A DNA stretch of 64,000 nt from Candidatus Terraquivivens ruidianensis (GTDB taxonomy: Archaea; Thermoproteota; Nitrososphaeria_A; Caldarchaeales; Wolframiiraptoraceae): the NCBI GenBank assembly GCA_023267885.1, contig JALNLB010000001.1, positions 6,083 through 70,082 of the forward strand. Reading direction: 5' to 3'. Position numbers and translations under genes: made by a program. The notes beneath the pieces are model-generated. The model was not told where the DNA came from, did no database searches, and saw only the letters and a program-made list of their open reading frames with translations. Every line of letters begins with the position of its first letter. The stretch's first letter is position 1. Shown here piece by piece: positions 7,708-17,892 of the stretch.

Positions 7708-8706
7708 TCACTTTATGATAAGAAACTCTGTAATGAGGGCGAGGGTTGCAGAAACGATTGAGATCATGACAAGCATCTTCACCACCTCCTTCTCGGATAA
7801 GCTACATCTAGACGTAAGCATCCTTACGAGCGTTATAGGAGCTTTCTTAGACGGGTTTGCAGATAACATATCATTTTCTACTAAAACGGGTCTCTCGGAT
7901 AAATTCTTTGCAGACCTAAAACCTTTCATAGAGTATATTATATGAAACTCGTTCATTATTTGGGGGAGTATAGTTATCAGCAGCGCTATCTCCATGCTAC
8001 CAATTATTGCTATAGATGTTAAGCTGGCACCGACGTACAAACTGCCGACGTTTCCAGAAAAGAGCCTCGCCGGATACTTGTTATAGTATGCGAAGACGAT
8101 TAAGGAGCCAAGGAGCGCAGTACACAGATACGCTGGAGGGGCATTACCGTTTGTTAGGGCTATCAAAAAAATCGTGAACACGGCTACGATTGACGTGAAC
8201 GTCATAGAACCGTTAAGTACGTCCATGCTGTTGACGGCGTTAGTAACTATCGTGAAAGCTATGGGCACGAGTATTGGATAAAGTATCGTCAGCATTCTTT
8301 TACCGACGAATGGCAAATTTGGATACGGATAGTAAGCACCCATAAAAACTATCGGGAGCCCAGCTAGTGCCAACAACACTGGCTTTAAAACTGGGTTCAG
8401 CTCCCTAAAATCCTCCCATAGGCCTACGATAGCTGCTAGCTCCGTCGAAATGATGAACGCCAAAACCCTGTTGTCAACCATGTTAAACAAAAAAGACGTT
8501 ACCAAAACAGATACGGTAACGCCGATGAAAACCGATATACCACCTATCTTCGGGACTAACGGTCTCCAGCTTTTGTGAACGTCAACGCCGAATAGTTTAG
8601 CCTTTCTGGCCAAACTCTTTATGAAAGGTACTGATGCGTAAGATAAGAGAGCAGATAAGATAAACGAGGCAAACAGTAACGGTATAGCAGACATGTTATC
8701 GCTCAC
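7708..8706 (-). CDS. Polyprenyl/dolichyl-phosphate HexNAc-1-phosphate transferase (MraY/WecA/AglH family)
   Basis: 332 aa polytopic membrane protein with the N-terminal pattern ..FIKSLARKAKLFGVDVHKSWRPLVPKIGGISVFIG typical of this family. Confidence 0.8.
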   Translation of the reverse strand: MSDNMSAIPLLFASFILSALLSYASVPFIKSLARKAKLFGVDVHKSWRPLVPKIGGISVFIGVTVSVLVTSFLFNMVDNRVLAFIISTELAAIVGLWEDFRELNPVLKPVLLALAGLPIVFMGAYYPYPNLPFVGKRMLTILYPILVPIAFTIVTNAVNSMDVLNGSMTFTSIVAVFTIFLIALTNGNAPPAYLCTALLGSLIVFAYYNKYPARLFSGNVGSLYVGASLTSIAIIGSMEIALLITILPQIMNEFHIIYSMKGFRSAKNLSERPVLVENDMLSANPSKKAPITLVRMLTSRCSLSEKEVVKMLVMISIVSATLALITEFLIIK

Positions 8707-8799
8707 TCCGTCCCTAACCTATTAATTTTTTCCTTCTTCTCAGATAAGCGTTATTACTCACATCTCTCGTGTTTGTGGATGGTTGAGGGGTGAAAATCC

Positions 8800-9870
8800 T
8801 TGAAGGTATGGTTTGATATACTGACGCCTAAACAATTTTGGTTTTTCACGTCAATCGAGAAGGAGTTGAGAGAGCGCGGTTTAGAAGTGTTGCTTACATC
8901 TAGAAGATACGAACAAATTATACCAATACTGGAAGATGTTGGTCGCAAGGATATAATCGTCGTCGGAGAATTCGGCGGCGGATCTCTGCTTGGAAAGCTT
9001 AAGGCGAGCGTCAGTAGGACCATGGAGCTCGTTGACGTTATCGAGAAACATTCGCCCGATGCCTGTGTGTCAAGTGGCTCGCTGGACATGACGAGAATTT
9101 CCTTCGGTTTACACATCCCCCATATTCTTCTCTCGGATACGCCAGAGTCTCCGGTTAATAGATACTGTGTCCCGCTTTCAAATTACGTCTTCACACCGTG
9201 GATAATTTCAAAGGATGAGTGGGTAAAGTATGGAATAAACTGCCGTAGTGTATTAAAATACAGAGCGTTAGACCCTATGGCTTGGCTGGACGGTTTCAAG
9301 CCCAATAGGCGAATACTGGATGAGCTTGGCCTTGACGAGTTTAACTACGTCCTCTTCAGAATGCCCGAGACGCAGGCATCCTACCTTATAGGAGTCAACA
9401 CAGAATACGTAACGAAGCTTGCGGAGAAATTGACCTCAAACCTTAGTGGCGTTAAGCTTGTCGTGTTGGCAAGGTACGGTGAGCAGACAACGCAGTTGAA
9501 AAAGTTAGGAAAGGGTGCCCTTATACTTGATAAACCAGTATCGGACCACAGCATTCTATACTATGCATCGCTTTTCATCGGTGGCGGCGGAACGATGACG
9601 CAAGAGGCCGTTCTGATGGGTGTGCCTACGATGTCAGCATATCCAGGAAGGCTTCCAGCAGTCCACCGTTACCTTGTAGGTATCGGCGCTCTCAGTCATT
9701 TTAGGAGTTGGCAGGATGCGCTGAAAAAGGCCTTAAACATACTAGAACGTGCCGATGATGCTAGAAAATTTCAGACGAGGCTTGCGAACCGGCTGAAGCG
9801 GAGGATGGTCAACCCTGCAAAGGTTGTGGCCGGGTGGTTGGAGAACGTAGCGTCTGGAAGAGGCGTGTAG
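8800..9870 (+). CDS. DUF354 family protein (predicted GT-B/epimerase-like glycosylation protein)
   Basis: 356 aa. The N-terminus MKVWFDILTPKQFWFFTSIEKELRERGLEVLLTSR is the characteristic DUF354 start. The start codon is TTG. Confidence 0.7.
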   Translation: MKVWFDILTPKQFWFFTSIEKELRERGLEVLLTSRRYEQIIPILEDVGRKDIIVVGEFGGGSLLGKLKASVSRTMELVDVIEKHSPDACVSSGSLDMTRISFGLHIPHILLSDTPESPVNRYCVPLSNYVFTPWIISKDEWVKYGINCRSVLKYRALDPMAWLDGFKPNRRILDELGLDEFNYVLFRMPETQASYLIGVNTEYVTKLAEKLTSNLSGVKLVVLARYGEQTTQLKKLGKGALILDKPVSDHSILYYASLFIGGGGTMTQEAVLMGVPTMSAYPGRLPAVHRYLVGIGALSHFRSWQDALKKALNILERADDARKFQTRLANRLKRRMVNPAKVVAGWLENVASGRGV

Positions 9871-9873
9871 CGG

Positions 9874-11508
9874 TTATCTTAAAGACGTTTCTATCTCCCT
9901 TGTCGTCTCCCTTATTCTGGATGTAAGCGATGAAATGTCCTTTGCGTATTCCTTTGTTATTCTGTCGTAGGTGGCCTTTCCTATCCTTCCCAGCCTAAAG
10001 TCTTCGATAGTCCTACTGAGTGCTGTCATGATGCCCACAAGTTCAGAGATTTGCGTCTCGAGGGGGCCGAGCTTTGCCATAATCTCTGGAAAACCTCCAA
10101 GCCTCTTCTTTAACGCGCTGATCCTATCAACGTCCCTCTTGACGGTAGTAAGCTCACTTTCATAAGCGCTCCTCGACCATCTGGATATCGATTTCTTGTC
10201 CAGCGGAATCGACGAGGCCAACCTCTCGCAAGCCTTTACCACTTCAAACACCTTAGAGGTCACTGTCTTGATGGCTTCTTTGACCTCTTCTGGTAGCATG
10301 GGTGCTTTAGGTCTGCGGGAAAGTCTATAGGTAACGGCCGTCGTCAAGAGTACACCAAAAGTCGCTATCCACAGGTACGGAAGGTACGGCATAATGCTCA
10401 CACCCGCAATATAACTGATGCTTATAGCGGTTTTTGGTTGAAGGGTTGCTACGCTTCCGCTGACGTAGCTAAGCATCGTAGCACCGCTTTGATCCCTAAC
10501 GAGTTCTTCGGGCTCTGGTGATGAACCTTTGAAATCGTAGCCGGGTGATAGAATAACTTTTAGAGAATATCTTCCGTATACGGTATCCAGTAGAGATGGA
10601 TAGCTCAGCACGTATGTGTATCCGGATTCGTGGGCGTAGGGTTCGAGATACTCGACCGTGAAGGACACCTTCTCACCACTCTTAACATCCCATCTAGTCT
10701 TGACAACCAGACTACCAGTTTCCCGCACGTAGCTGCTCGACAACGCCCCAAGGCTATCTTTAACGTTAAGTAAAGTTGCATTCGTTGGCAGCAACAACTT
10801 GACTTCGTTTATAGACGATTTGCCGTGGTTAACTATCTTGAGGAAGAAGGACACCTGTCTTGGGTTTCCGACGAATACAGTAACGTCGGCTTTCTCGACG
10901 GACACTATTGAAACCTTGTCGTTCATAAACCTCACAGAAACACTTGTGGGTAAAAGCAGGTCTATGTCCTTGGCCTCCGTGAACACTCCATCCATCGCAG
11001 TAGTGTAGTTAAAGCCCGGTCTCTCTGGAAGCTCTACCTCGCTTCCGCTCGGAAAGCGTACCACCATGTAAAAAGATGCTACCGTCTTCTTGATTACGGG
11101 TAACATAGGTACGTTTGCCACGAAGGTCTTAGAATCCTCCTCCGTTACCAAACCCTTGAAAACCGTTACCAGGTTCGCCCTTACGGTTTGCTCGCCGACG
11201 TTCCTCATCTCTATGAAGAAGAGAGATGGTGGTGACTCCTCCTCCACGTATCTTGTCTCGATCGTAGCTTGTTCCGCATAAAATGCTACGAGCTTATCCT
11301 TCAAGGCTATGTCAAACCCGACCTTTATAGTCCTGCCTGGCTCGACGTATAGACTGTCTGAGATGTACATTAACCCACAATCCTTTACCTCAACACCCCT
11401 GACCACTTCATAGCTCTCTCCTTCGGAGGATACAACGGCGAATTGTGCTAGTACTGTACAGACGAGTATAACAAGGATTGTGATGGTTACCAGCTTCTTC
11501 AAGGCCAA
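9874..11508 (-). CDS. Large type-I membrane protein (signal peptide, extracellular domain, TM, cytoplasmic coiled-coil tail), function unknown
   Basis: 544 aa. It has an N-terminal hydrophobic signal (LVTITILVILVCTVLAQFAVV), a TM near residues 370-395 and a charged helical C-terminus. Confidence 0.45.
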   Translation of the reverse strand: MALKKLVTITILVILVCTVLAQFAVVSSEGESYEVVRGVEVKDCGLMYISDSLYVEPGRTIKVGFDIALKDKLVAFYAEQATIETRYVEEESPPSLFFIEMRNVGEQTVRANLVTVFKGLVTEEDSKTFVANVPMLPVIKKTVASFYMVVRFPSGSEVELPERPGFNYTTAMDGVFTEAKDIDLLLPTSVSVRFMNDKVSIVSVEKADVTVFVGNPRQVSFFLKIVNHGKSSINEVKLLLPTNATLLNVKDSLGALSSSYVRETGSLVVKTRWDVKSGEKVSFTVEYLEPYAHESGYTYVLSYPSLLDTVYGRYSLKVILSPGYDFKGSSPEPEELVRDQSGATMLSYVSGSVATLQPKTAISISYIAGVSIMPYLPYLWIATFGVLLTTAVTYRLSRRPKAPMLPEEVKEAIKTVTSKVFEVVKACERLASSIPLDKKSISRWSRSAYESELTTVKRDVDRISALKKRLGGFPEIMAKLGPLETQISELVGIMTALSRTIEDFRLGRIGKATYDRITKEYAKDISSLTSRIRETTREIETSLR

Positions 11509-11598
11509 CCCTACCGTAACTAACTTTAACCTTTAACGAGGGTTATTATACTCTTCTCTGTAAAGCCTTTATATTTGTAAATCTCCACGCAACCCGAA

Positions 11599-12591
11599 AT
11601 GCGTTTACGTTTTTTGATGTTGTTGCTCGTTGGCATCGCCGTATTCTTGGCTATGGCATATTACATAAGCTTTGAGGCTCTGGTTGAAACATTTACACGC
11701 CTGAGCTTAGGTCATCTGATGCTCAGCTTCGTTCTACTCTTGCTATACTTCATTTCTAGGGCATTCAGATGGAGGATGCTTTTATCCATGTTAAAGGACC
11801 CTGGCCTTACGCTTACGCTGACCGCGACGGGCATGGGATACTTTGTTAACGTAATCTTTCCTGTGAGGCTCGGGGAGATAGCAAGGGCTGTTGCCGTTTC
11901 GAAAAAGAGCAAAGTAGGGTTCATGCCAGTATTCGCAACCGTAGTCGTTGAACGTGTGTTTGACCTAGCTTATCTGTTGGTGGCACTAGGTTTGCTGGCA
12001 GCCATAATCGGCGGGCTTGTCCAAGCGGAGCCTATTAAAACACTCGTGCTTGTCTCTGGTATAGGCTTAATCGTTATCGTCGCCATATTGCTTATACTGC
12101 TCAAAAGAGGTACGTTCGCTTTAAGGCTGTTTAACGGAATGGTAGGACGTATATTACCCTCAAGCGTACAGAATAGGTTCACCAAAGCTATTGAATCTAT
12201 TGTCAGTGGCTTAGAACAGTCGACCGCATGCATAAAGAGTGTAAAATTTCACCTGTGGACTCTTATGATAACGTTATTCAATATATACTCTTTGGTGGTG
12301 CTCTTCGCATCCACGGGTTTGCAACTACCTTTACTGGCCATCATGGTAGGAAGCACGGCCGTTGCTCTATCTGCCATAATTCCAGCTCCACCGGGCAACA
12401 TCGGCACTTTTGAGTTGGTATGGGTCGGAGTGTTCACGGTCTTAGGCTTGGGTCAGGCGCAAGCGATATCGTCCGGCATAGTCGTTCACGTTGTCCAGAC
12501 GACCTATCTTCTTGTGATAGGTGGAATAGCTACGTTGTTTTTGGGCGGCGTTAGAGAATACATACGAAGAAAGGATGAGGAGAAAGATTAA
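11599..12591 (+). CDS. UPF0104 / LPG-synthase-TM-like (flippase-like) membrane protein
   Basis: 330 aa polytopic protein. The SRAFRWRMLL motif after TM2 is typical of the family. A TATA-like CCTTTATATTTG lies about 28 nt upstream of the ATG. Confidence 0.6.
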   Translation: MRLRFLMLLLVGIAVFLAMAYYISFEALVETFTRLSLGHLMLSFVLLLLYFISRAFRWRMLLSMLKDPGLTLTLTATGMGYFVNVIFPVRLGEIARAVAVSKKSKVGFMPVFATVVVERVFDLAYLLVALGLLAAIIGGLVQAEPIKTLVLVSGIGLIVIVAILLILLKRGTFALRLFNGMVGRILPSSVQNRFTKAIESIVSGLEQSTACIKSVKFHLWTLMITLFNIYSLVVLFASTGLQLPLLAIMVGSTAVALSAIIPAPPGNIGTFELVWVGVFTVLGLGQAQAISSGIVVHVVQTTYLLVIGGIATLFLGGVREYIRRKDEEKD

Positions 12592-12703
12592 GAGTGCACC
12601 ATCCTTTTCACAATCTCTGAGCTAGTATCAACCTTAACATCCTAAGGCCAGCCTTGAGATTTATCGCCCTAAAGATTTCTATTGACATTTTTATAAATGC
12701 TTT

Positions 12704-13804
12704 TTAAAATGGTATGAGCCTAAACCACTGTAAGGCCATGTAGTTATTATAAGCGAGTATTGTGATAAGTAAAATAACTAACCAACCACGCTCTCCGATG
12801 AATGATAAAACGGGCTTTGAAGCAAGGGAGCTTGCAAGCCTTACCAGTCCTATGCCTACCAGCGGTACGAGTGCAGGGAACATGGTAAAGGTCACCCTAA
12901 CGTCAGGAACTTGGGGCAACGGTATCAGCGGTATGAGCGTGGATAAGATCAGCATGTAAACCTTTTTGGTGCCATCGCTATCAACGCTCAAGAAACCTAA
13001 TATCGCTAGCAGTAGGGCAGGCATAGAAAAGCCCGCGAAAGATTTTAGGAAAAGTACTGGGTTCTTCAGCAAACCCTCGTACCCTCCATGCGTAATCATC
13101 AACTCCTTAAAAGTGATTGTGTAAGTTAAACCAGCTACACCCATCCACATAATAAGGAGCGCAGCTGCCGATAGCAGTATGGCTAAAAAATTTTTAGGAG
13201 TGAGTTTCTTCCATAGTAGAAACGTTAAGAGAAGCAGAACTGCGAAGACGTTACTTTCTCTCGCCAAGAGACCGATGCCCAGTAGTAGCCCAAGGGCAAC
13301 GTATTTGATTATACTTCTCCACTCACCCATCCTGAATAGTATAAGATAAGCAAGGAGGGGTGCGAACATAAAGCCCGACATGTCGACCCTCGAGCCAACA
13401 GCATAATAGAGTATAACTGGTAGAGACGGAAATAAGACGGCTGCCGAGAATGCCGCAGCCCATCCGGCGAAAGCTTCTGTAAGTTTGTAAACGAATAACG
13501 TTCCTAGGACTAAAAAGATAAGGTTTAGAAGTACGAAGGCCAACTCCATGCCAACAAACGGATAGAACGCGGCAGCCAAAAAAGGCGTCAGCGGTCTGAG
13601 GAGGAAGTGAACTATTCCACCTGCTAATTCCTTAAGCTGGTCTAATGACATCTCGCCGGAGAAGAACTTTGCTAAACCATAGTAAACTTCGCTCTCTATA
13701 TCGTCGTATGGTCTAACATGTGTCGCACCATGAAGAACCGCTAAAGCTATTATCAGAACGATTGCTAGACGTCGATTCATAACACCCTTGCATCCTCTAA
13801 ACAT
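12704..13804 (-). CDS. Polytopic membrane protein, GT-C-like (ArnT/PMT-type) candidate
   Basis: 366 aa with about 10 TM segments, lying in the glycosylation island. The likely start is M9 (MNRRLAIVL). The assignment rests on topology and context only. Confidence 0.4.
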   Translation of the reverse strand: MFRGCKGVMNRRLAIVLIIALAVLHGATHVRPYDDIESEVYYGLAKFFSGEMSLDQLKELAGGIVHFLLRPLTPFLAAAFYPFVGMELAFVLLNLIFLVLGTLFVYKLTEAFAGWAAAFSAAVLFPSLPVILYYAVGSRVDMSGFMFAPLLAYLILFRMGEWRSIIKYVALGLLLGIGLLARESNVFAVLLLLTFLLWKKLTPKNFLAILLSAAALLIMWMGVAGLTYTITFKELMITHGGYEGLLKNPVLFLKSFAGFSMPALLLAILGFLSVDSDGTKKVYMLILSTLIPLIPLPQVPDVRVTFTMFPALVPLVGIGLVRLASSLASKPVLSFIGERGWLVILLITILAYNNYMALQWFRLIPF

Positions 13805-13861
13805 TATTTAAGAATTTCATAGACAAAAATATATTTCACTCACTCAAAGCCTATTTTCACC

Positions 13862-15466
13862 ATGGACAGAAAGGATGCCGTCGTCTTAGTCATCATCGTG
13901 ATAACAACGTACCTATTCGTATTTTCCATACCACCGCGAGATTTCCCCCTGTCGGACGACTATGCCTACTATTCTGAGGTGAAGACGTTCTTAGTAGAGG
14001 GGAAGTTCAGGATGCATCACTCCGCGACCGCCACCTCCATAATTCAGATACTCATAGGAAGTGTGGCAGCTTCTTTGCTCGGCCTGAGCCACAAAACGCT
14101 CATGTTTACCACGATGCTTCTGAGTGCGATTCCGATAGCTTTCGCCTATATATGGTTCAGGATTTGGACAAGTCGACAGCTTGCGGCGTTGGGCTCATTT
14201 GCAATGCTAGCAAACCCCGCATACTACTATCTCAGCCATACATTCATGACAGACGTTTATTCCTTGGTCTTCATGGTACCCTCGCTCCTATTCCTTTTTA
14301 AGGGTGCCCATGACGGTAAGGACGCTCATATTGCAACGGGCGTAACACTCGCATTGGTCGGCTTTTGGGTCAGGCAGTATTCCATTCTGTTAATCGGTGG
14401 AGTAATCCTGTGGTACGTCTATAAGCTGATTTTTGAGAAGAAGAATGAGTTCACATTTAAAAGGGTAACGATGCTCTTAGTCGTGCCGGCAATCAACTTA
14501 GCTGTCTGGTGGTATCTGTTCCCGCTACTACATGACTTAGAGCATAAGTGCGCATACGTAATGGGTTTGGGTGGATGGATTCCCAAAAACATGCTTCAGG
14601 CGCTGCTCTTCACGGGCTATTTCCTGTTCCCGCTGGGCATCGCCTACTTGGCCGACCACAAAGCACTATTCAAGGACTTTTTAAGTTTGAAAAAATACCT
14701 TAAATTTTTCTTAATCGTTGTGTTTGCAGTCCTAGTAAGCTTTATGGTGCTCAGGACTGTTTACGGTCTAGGCAACCTTTGGGTGCCGGCCATGCCATTC
14801 GCCTATGCTACAGCAAACCCTACCGGCGTTGGCGCGACTCCCTTGGCCGGCTCTAAGCCTTACTTCTTTCCAACATGGCTCTGGCTACCTATATGCTTTC
14901 TATCGGTCATCACAGCATTTGGCTTGGTCGTCCAAACCTTAAGAAATTCTTCAAACCCAAAAACCCTGATGCTGCTCGCCTTTATATTTTCGGTGATAGT
15001 CCCTCAGACTTTCTACGGAAACTTCTTCGACAGATATTACTTAATAGCAGTTCCGCTAGTGCTTCCGATAGTCCTGACTTCTACTAAGAACTACAAGTTC
15101 ACGAAGGTCGGGCTTATCCTGACGATAGTCATCTTGGGCGCATGGTCTTGGTACGGGGTTTATGATAACTTTTCTTGGAACAGTGCCAGATGGGAAGGCA
15201 TAGAGTACCTTCTTAGCATGGGTGTGCCCGAAGAGAGCATTGACGGAGGTATGGAGTACAATGCTAGGTTCTTCGAAGGATGTAATAACATCAACGTAAA
15301 GCCAGTAAGATGGTACGGATGGTCGTATAGTCTCAGCGACGAGTACATAGTGTCGTTCAGCCCACTAGAGGATTATGATGTCCTTAGGGAGATATCCTAT
15401 AGCGGTCCTTTCGGTGAAAAATTGGGCAGCATATACGTTCTCAAGAAACCGCTTAAAACCCCCTAG
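13862..15466 (+). CDS. GT-C fold glycosyltransferase candidate (ArnT/PMT/GT39-like)
   Basis: 534 aa polytopic protein. It has an acidic first-loop motif (PLSDDYAYYSE) after TM1 and a soluble C-terminal domain. Confidence 0.5.
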   Translation: MDRKDAVVLVIIVITTYLFVFSIPPRDFPLSDDYAYYSEVKTFLVEGKFRMHHSATATSIIQILIGSVAASLLGLSHKTLMFTTMLLSAIPIAFAYIWFRIWTSRQLAALGSFAMLANPAYYYLSHTFMTDVYSLVFMVPSLLFLFKGAHDGKDAHIATGVTLALVGFWVRQYSILLIGGVILWYVYKLIFEKKNEFTFKRVTMLLVVPAINLAVWWYLFPLLHDLEHKCAYVMGLGGWIPKNMLQALLFTGYFLFPLGIAYLADHKALFKDFLSLKKYLKFFLIVVFAVLVSFMVLRTVYGLGNLWVPAMPFAYATANPTGVGATPLAGSKPYFFPTWLWLPICFLSVITAFGLVVQTLRNSSNPKTLMLLAFIFSVIVPQTFYGNFFDRYYLIAVPLVLPIVLTSTKNYKFTKVGLILTIVILGAWSWYGVYDNFSWNSARWEGIEYLLSMGVPEESIDGGMEYNARFFEGCNNINVKPVRWYGWSYSLSDEYIVSFSPLEDYDVLREISYSGPFGEKLGSIYVLKKPLKTP

Positions 15467-15520
15467 TGTTTATTTAATAAACGCCCTTGAGGAATTAGGG
15501 GCATCAAAAGGCGATGACGC

Positions 15521-16861
15521 TTGGATATACAGCTGAAGCGATGGGTCGAAGAGTACTTCGACAGCATAATTAGGAATTATGGTATGAAGAGGCTGACGAA
15601 ACTCCAGAGTGCTTTAGCTGAATTCCTCGAGCGTGAGGTTGGGGCGTGTGGGATGCTCCTTGAGGTTGGTTTTGGGATAGTGTTACTAAGCGACAGGCTC
15701 CATTTTGAGGAGGCAGTCGTAGCCTGCATCTCCGATGGGACCGACAAGGACGTACAAAGGGCGTTCAGAGAGCGCGGGATTCACTTCATAGTTGCCGATG
15801 CGGAGTTTCTGCCGCTTAGGGTGCGCTTCGACTGTATAGTGATGAGTGACGTGGTTGCGTATCTCGACGATGCTTACGAAGTTTTTGGAAAGCTCAGGGA
15901 TATATGCCATCCTGGAACCAAGTTAGTGATTGCAACAGTCAACCCTTCTTGGATGCTCATCCTGCATATGTTCGAGAAGTTGGGACTAAAAGGCTCAGAC
16001 GGCCCCCACAATTGGCTATCCCATGAGGACATAAAACAAATGTTAAGCTTACAAGGGTTTAAGGTCAGCAAGGTTGAAAAACATTTCTTCAAATCAGTTC
16101 AACTAATAACCGCGACGCCTTTAATAGAACGTCCAAAACCCGAGGGTGCCAAAGTATCCTTTGTGATACCTTGCTATAACGAAGAAGAGAACATACTTGC
16201 GGCCATCGACGGAATACTCAAAAGTAATCTGTTTGACGTCGAGGTCGTCGTAGTTGACGATGGTTCAACAGACAGGACAGCCGAGCTCGTTTTATCCTTG
16301 AATGATAGCAGGGTTAAGCTCGTATCGTATAAGCCAAACCAAGGAAAGGGCGTGGCAGTGAGGAGAGGGTTCGAGGCAGCGAGTGGCGATATATTCGTCA
16401 TAGTTGATGCGGACCTATCGGTTTCACCGGACGAGGCTATGAGGTTTGTGAGGCCGCTTGCGACCAGAATGGCCGATTTTGTAAACGGGACAAGGTTCCT
16501 TTATCCGATGGAGCCTGGCGCAATGTCCGATATACGCTTTTTTGGCAACAAGCTTTTCAGCGTTGCCTTTAGCTGGCTACTTGGACAGAGAATAACGGAT
16601 ACGTTGTGCGGCACGAAGGCTATCAGAAGGAGCGACTATCTAGGGAAAATCAGCATAAAGGAGAAATCTTGGCCTGACTTTGACTTGTTGTTTGGGGCCG
16701 CGAAGAATGGTTTGAGGATTGTTGAGATGCCCGTACACTACAAGCGCAGGATGGCTGGTAAATCGAAGATGAAGATTTTCAAGCATGGATTGAGGCTTTC
16801 AAGGATGATTCTTAGAGGCATATTGGAGTTTAAGCTCAAGCCATTTTTAAAGAGAGCTTGA
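15521..16861 (+). CDS. Fusion protein: class I SAM-dependent methyltransferase (N-terminal) + GT2 glycosyltransferase (C-terminal)
   Basis: 446 aa. The N-terminal half has LLEVGFGIV..ADAEFLPL..FDCIVMSDVVAYLDD. The C-terminal half has VSFVIPCYNEEENI..VVVVDDGSTDRT..IVDADL. Confidence 0.7.
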   Translation: MDIQLKRWVEEYFDSIIRNYGMKRLTKLQSALAEFLEREVGACGMLLEVGFGIVLLSDRLHFEEAVVACISDGTDKDVQRAFRERGIHFIVADAEFLPLRVRFDCIVMSDVVAYLDDAYEVFGKLRDICHPGTKLVIATVNPSWMLILHMFEKLGLKGSDGPHNWLSHEDIKQMLSLQGFKVSKVEKHFFKSVQLITATPLIERPKPEGAKVSFVIPCYNEEENILAAIDGILKSNLFDVEVVVVDDGSTDRTAELVLSLNDSRVKLVSYKPNQGKGVAVRRGFEAASGDIFVIVDADLSVSPDEAMRFVRPLATRMADFVNGTRFLYPMEPGAMSDIRFFGNKLFSVAFSWLLGQRITDTLCGTKAIRRSDYLGKISIKEKSWPDFDLLFGAAKNGLRIVEMPVHYKRRMAGKSKMKIFKHGLRLSRMILRGILEFKLKPFLKRA

Positions 16862-16929
16862 CTCAAAATTGATTTAAGCCATAGCATAAACGTTAATAAT
16901 AATACATAGACAGCATAGGGAGACGTTGG

Positions 16930-17892
16930 ATGAATGAAAAGAAGAAAATCGCTGTCATGATGCTTACGCTCGATAGCGAGAAATACTTCAGGGTAGGTGT
17001 ATTGGACGCCCTTCAGAAGGTTCTGAAAGACTATGAGTATGAGTTAATAGTGGTCGATGGTGGTTCCTCAGATGGCACAGTAAGGATGCTACGTGAAAAG
17101 TTTGGAGAAAAGTTGAGGCTCGTTCATTCCCCCGTAAGGAACTTGGCCTTGTGTAGGAACTTAGCTCTTAACAAAGTCTCAAAGGATTCCGACTACTATT
17201 GCTTCGTAGACTCGGACGTAGTTTTGCCCGATGACTTTTTCAAGAGACTACTTCCGCTCTTAGAGGACCCTAAAGTTGGAACCGCAGAGCTAAGAGCCAT
17301 CTTAGGACGTCCCAAGAAAAGCCTTGTTTCGCAATATTATTCAACGGTAAAAACTGCCCAAGGTACTGGTGTAAGAGAGGCCATAGGTGGAGCGACGACC
17401 TGCATAGTGATTAAGCCGGAAGTTGCTGCCAAAATTCGGCTTGATGAGAGGTTCAAGAGGGCTGGCGAGGACGTGGACCTCCACTTGCAGGTTAACGAGT
17501 TAGGGTACAAGACTGTTGTGGACATGAACGAGCCTACTGCCATGCATGTCAGGGAGCCTTCGTTGCTAGAAGAGCTTAGGAGGATGTTCCATAGGGGGTT
17601 CGCAAGGACTCTAAATCTAAAGATTCATAAGAGCGTTCTAGGTGACGGGGTCGGAAAAGCGCTCTTGGTAGCTATCGCAACTTTTCTCTGCTGGGCTCTA
17701 GTATTCATCGGGATAATATTCTCAGCCTACATAATGTTGTTACCATTAGCCCTGCTGATCGTCAGACATGCGCTAAAGCTGACGAAACCTTACAGGCTTG
17801 ACCTCGCATTCGTCGGCCTGCTTATATCGTCCGCTTACCTTTTAGGGTTATTGTACAGTATTCTAAAGTTTTGGGTTCTCGAACGTGGTTAA
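16930..17892 (+). CDS. GT2 glycosyltransferase with C-terminal TM helices
   Basis: 320 aa with IAVMMLTLDSE..LIVVDGGSSDGT..FVDSDV and hydrophobic C-terminal segments. Confidence 0.65.
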   Translation: MNEKKKIAVMMLTLDSEKYFRVGVLDALQKVLKDYEYELIVVDGGSSDGTVRMLREKFGEKLRLVHSPVRNLALCRNLALNKVSKDSDYYCFVDSDVVLPDDFFKRLLPLLEDPKVGTAELRAILGRPKKSLVSQYYSTVKTAQGTGVREAIGGATTCIVIKPEVAAKIRLDERFKRAGEDVDLHLQVNELGYKTVVDMNEPTAMHVREPSLLEELRRMFHRGFARTLNLKIHKSVLGDGVGKALLVAIATFLCWALVFIGIIFSAYIMLLPLALLIVRHALKLTKPYRLDLAFVGLLISSAYLLGLLYSILKFWVLERG

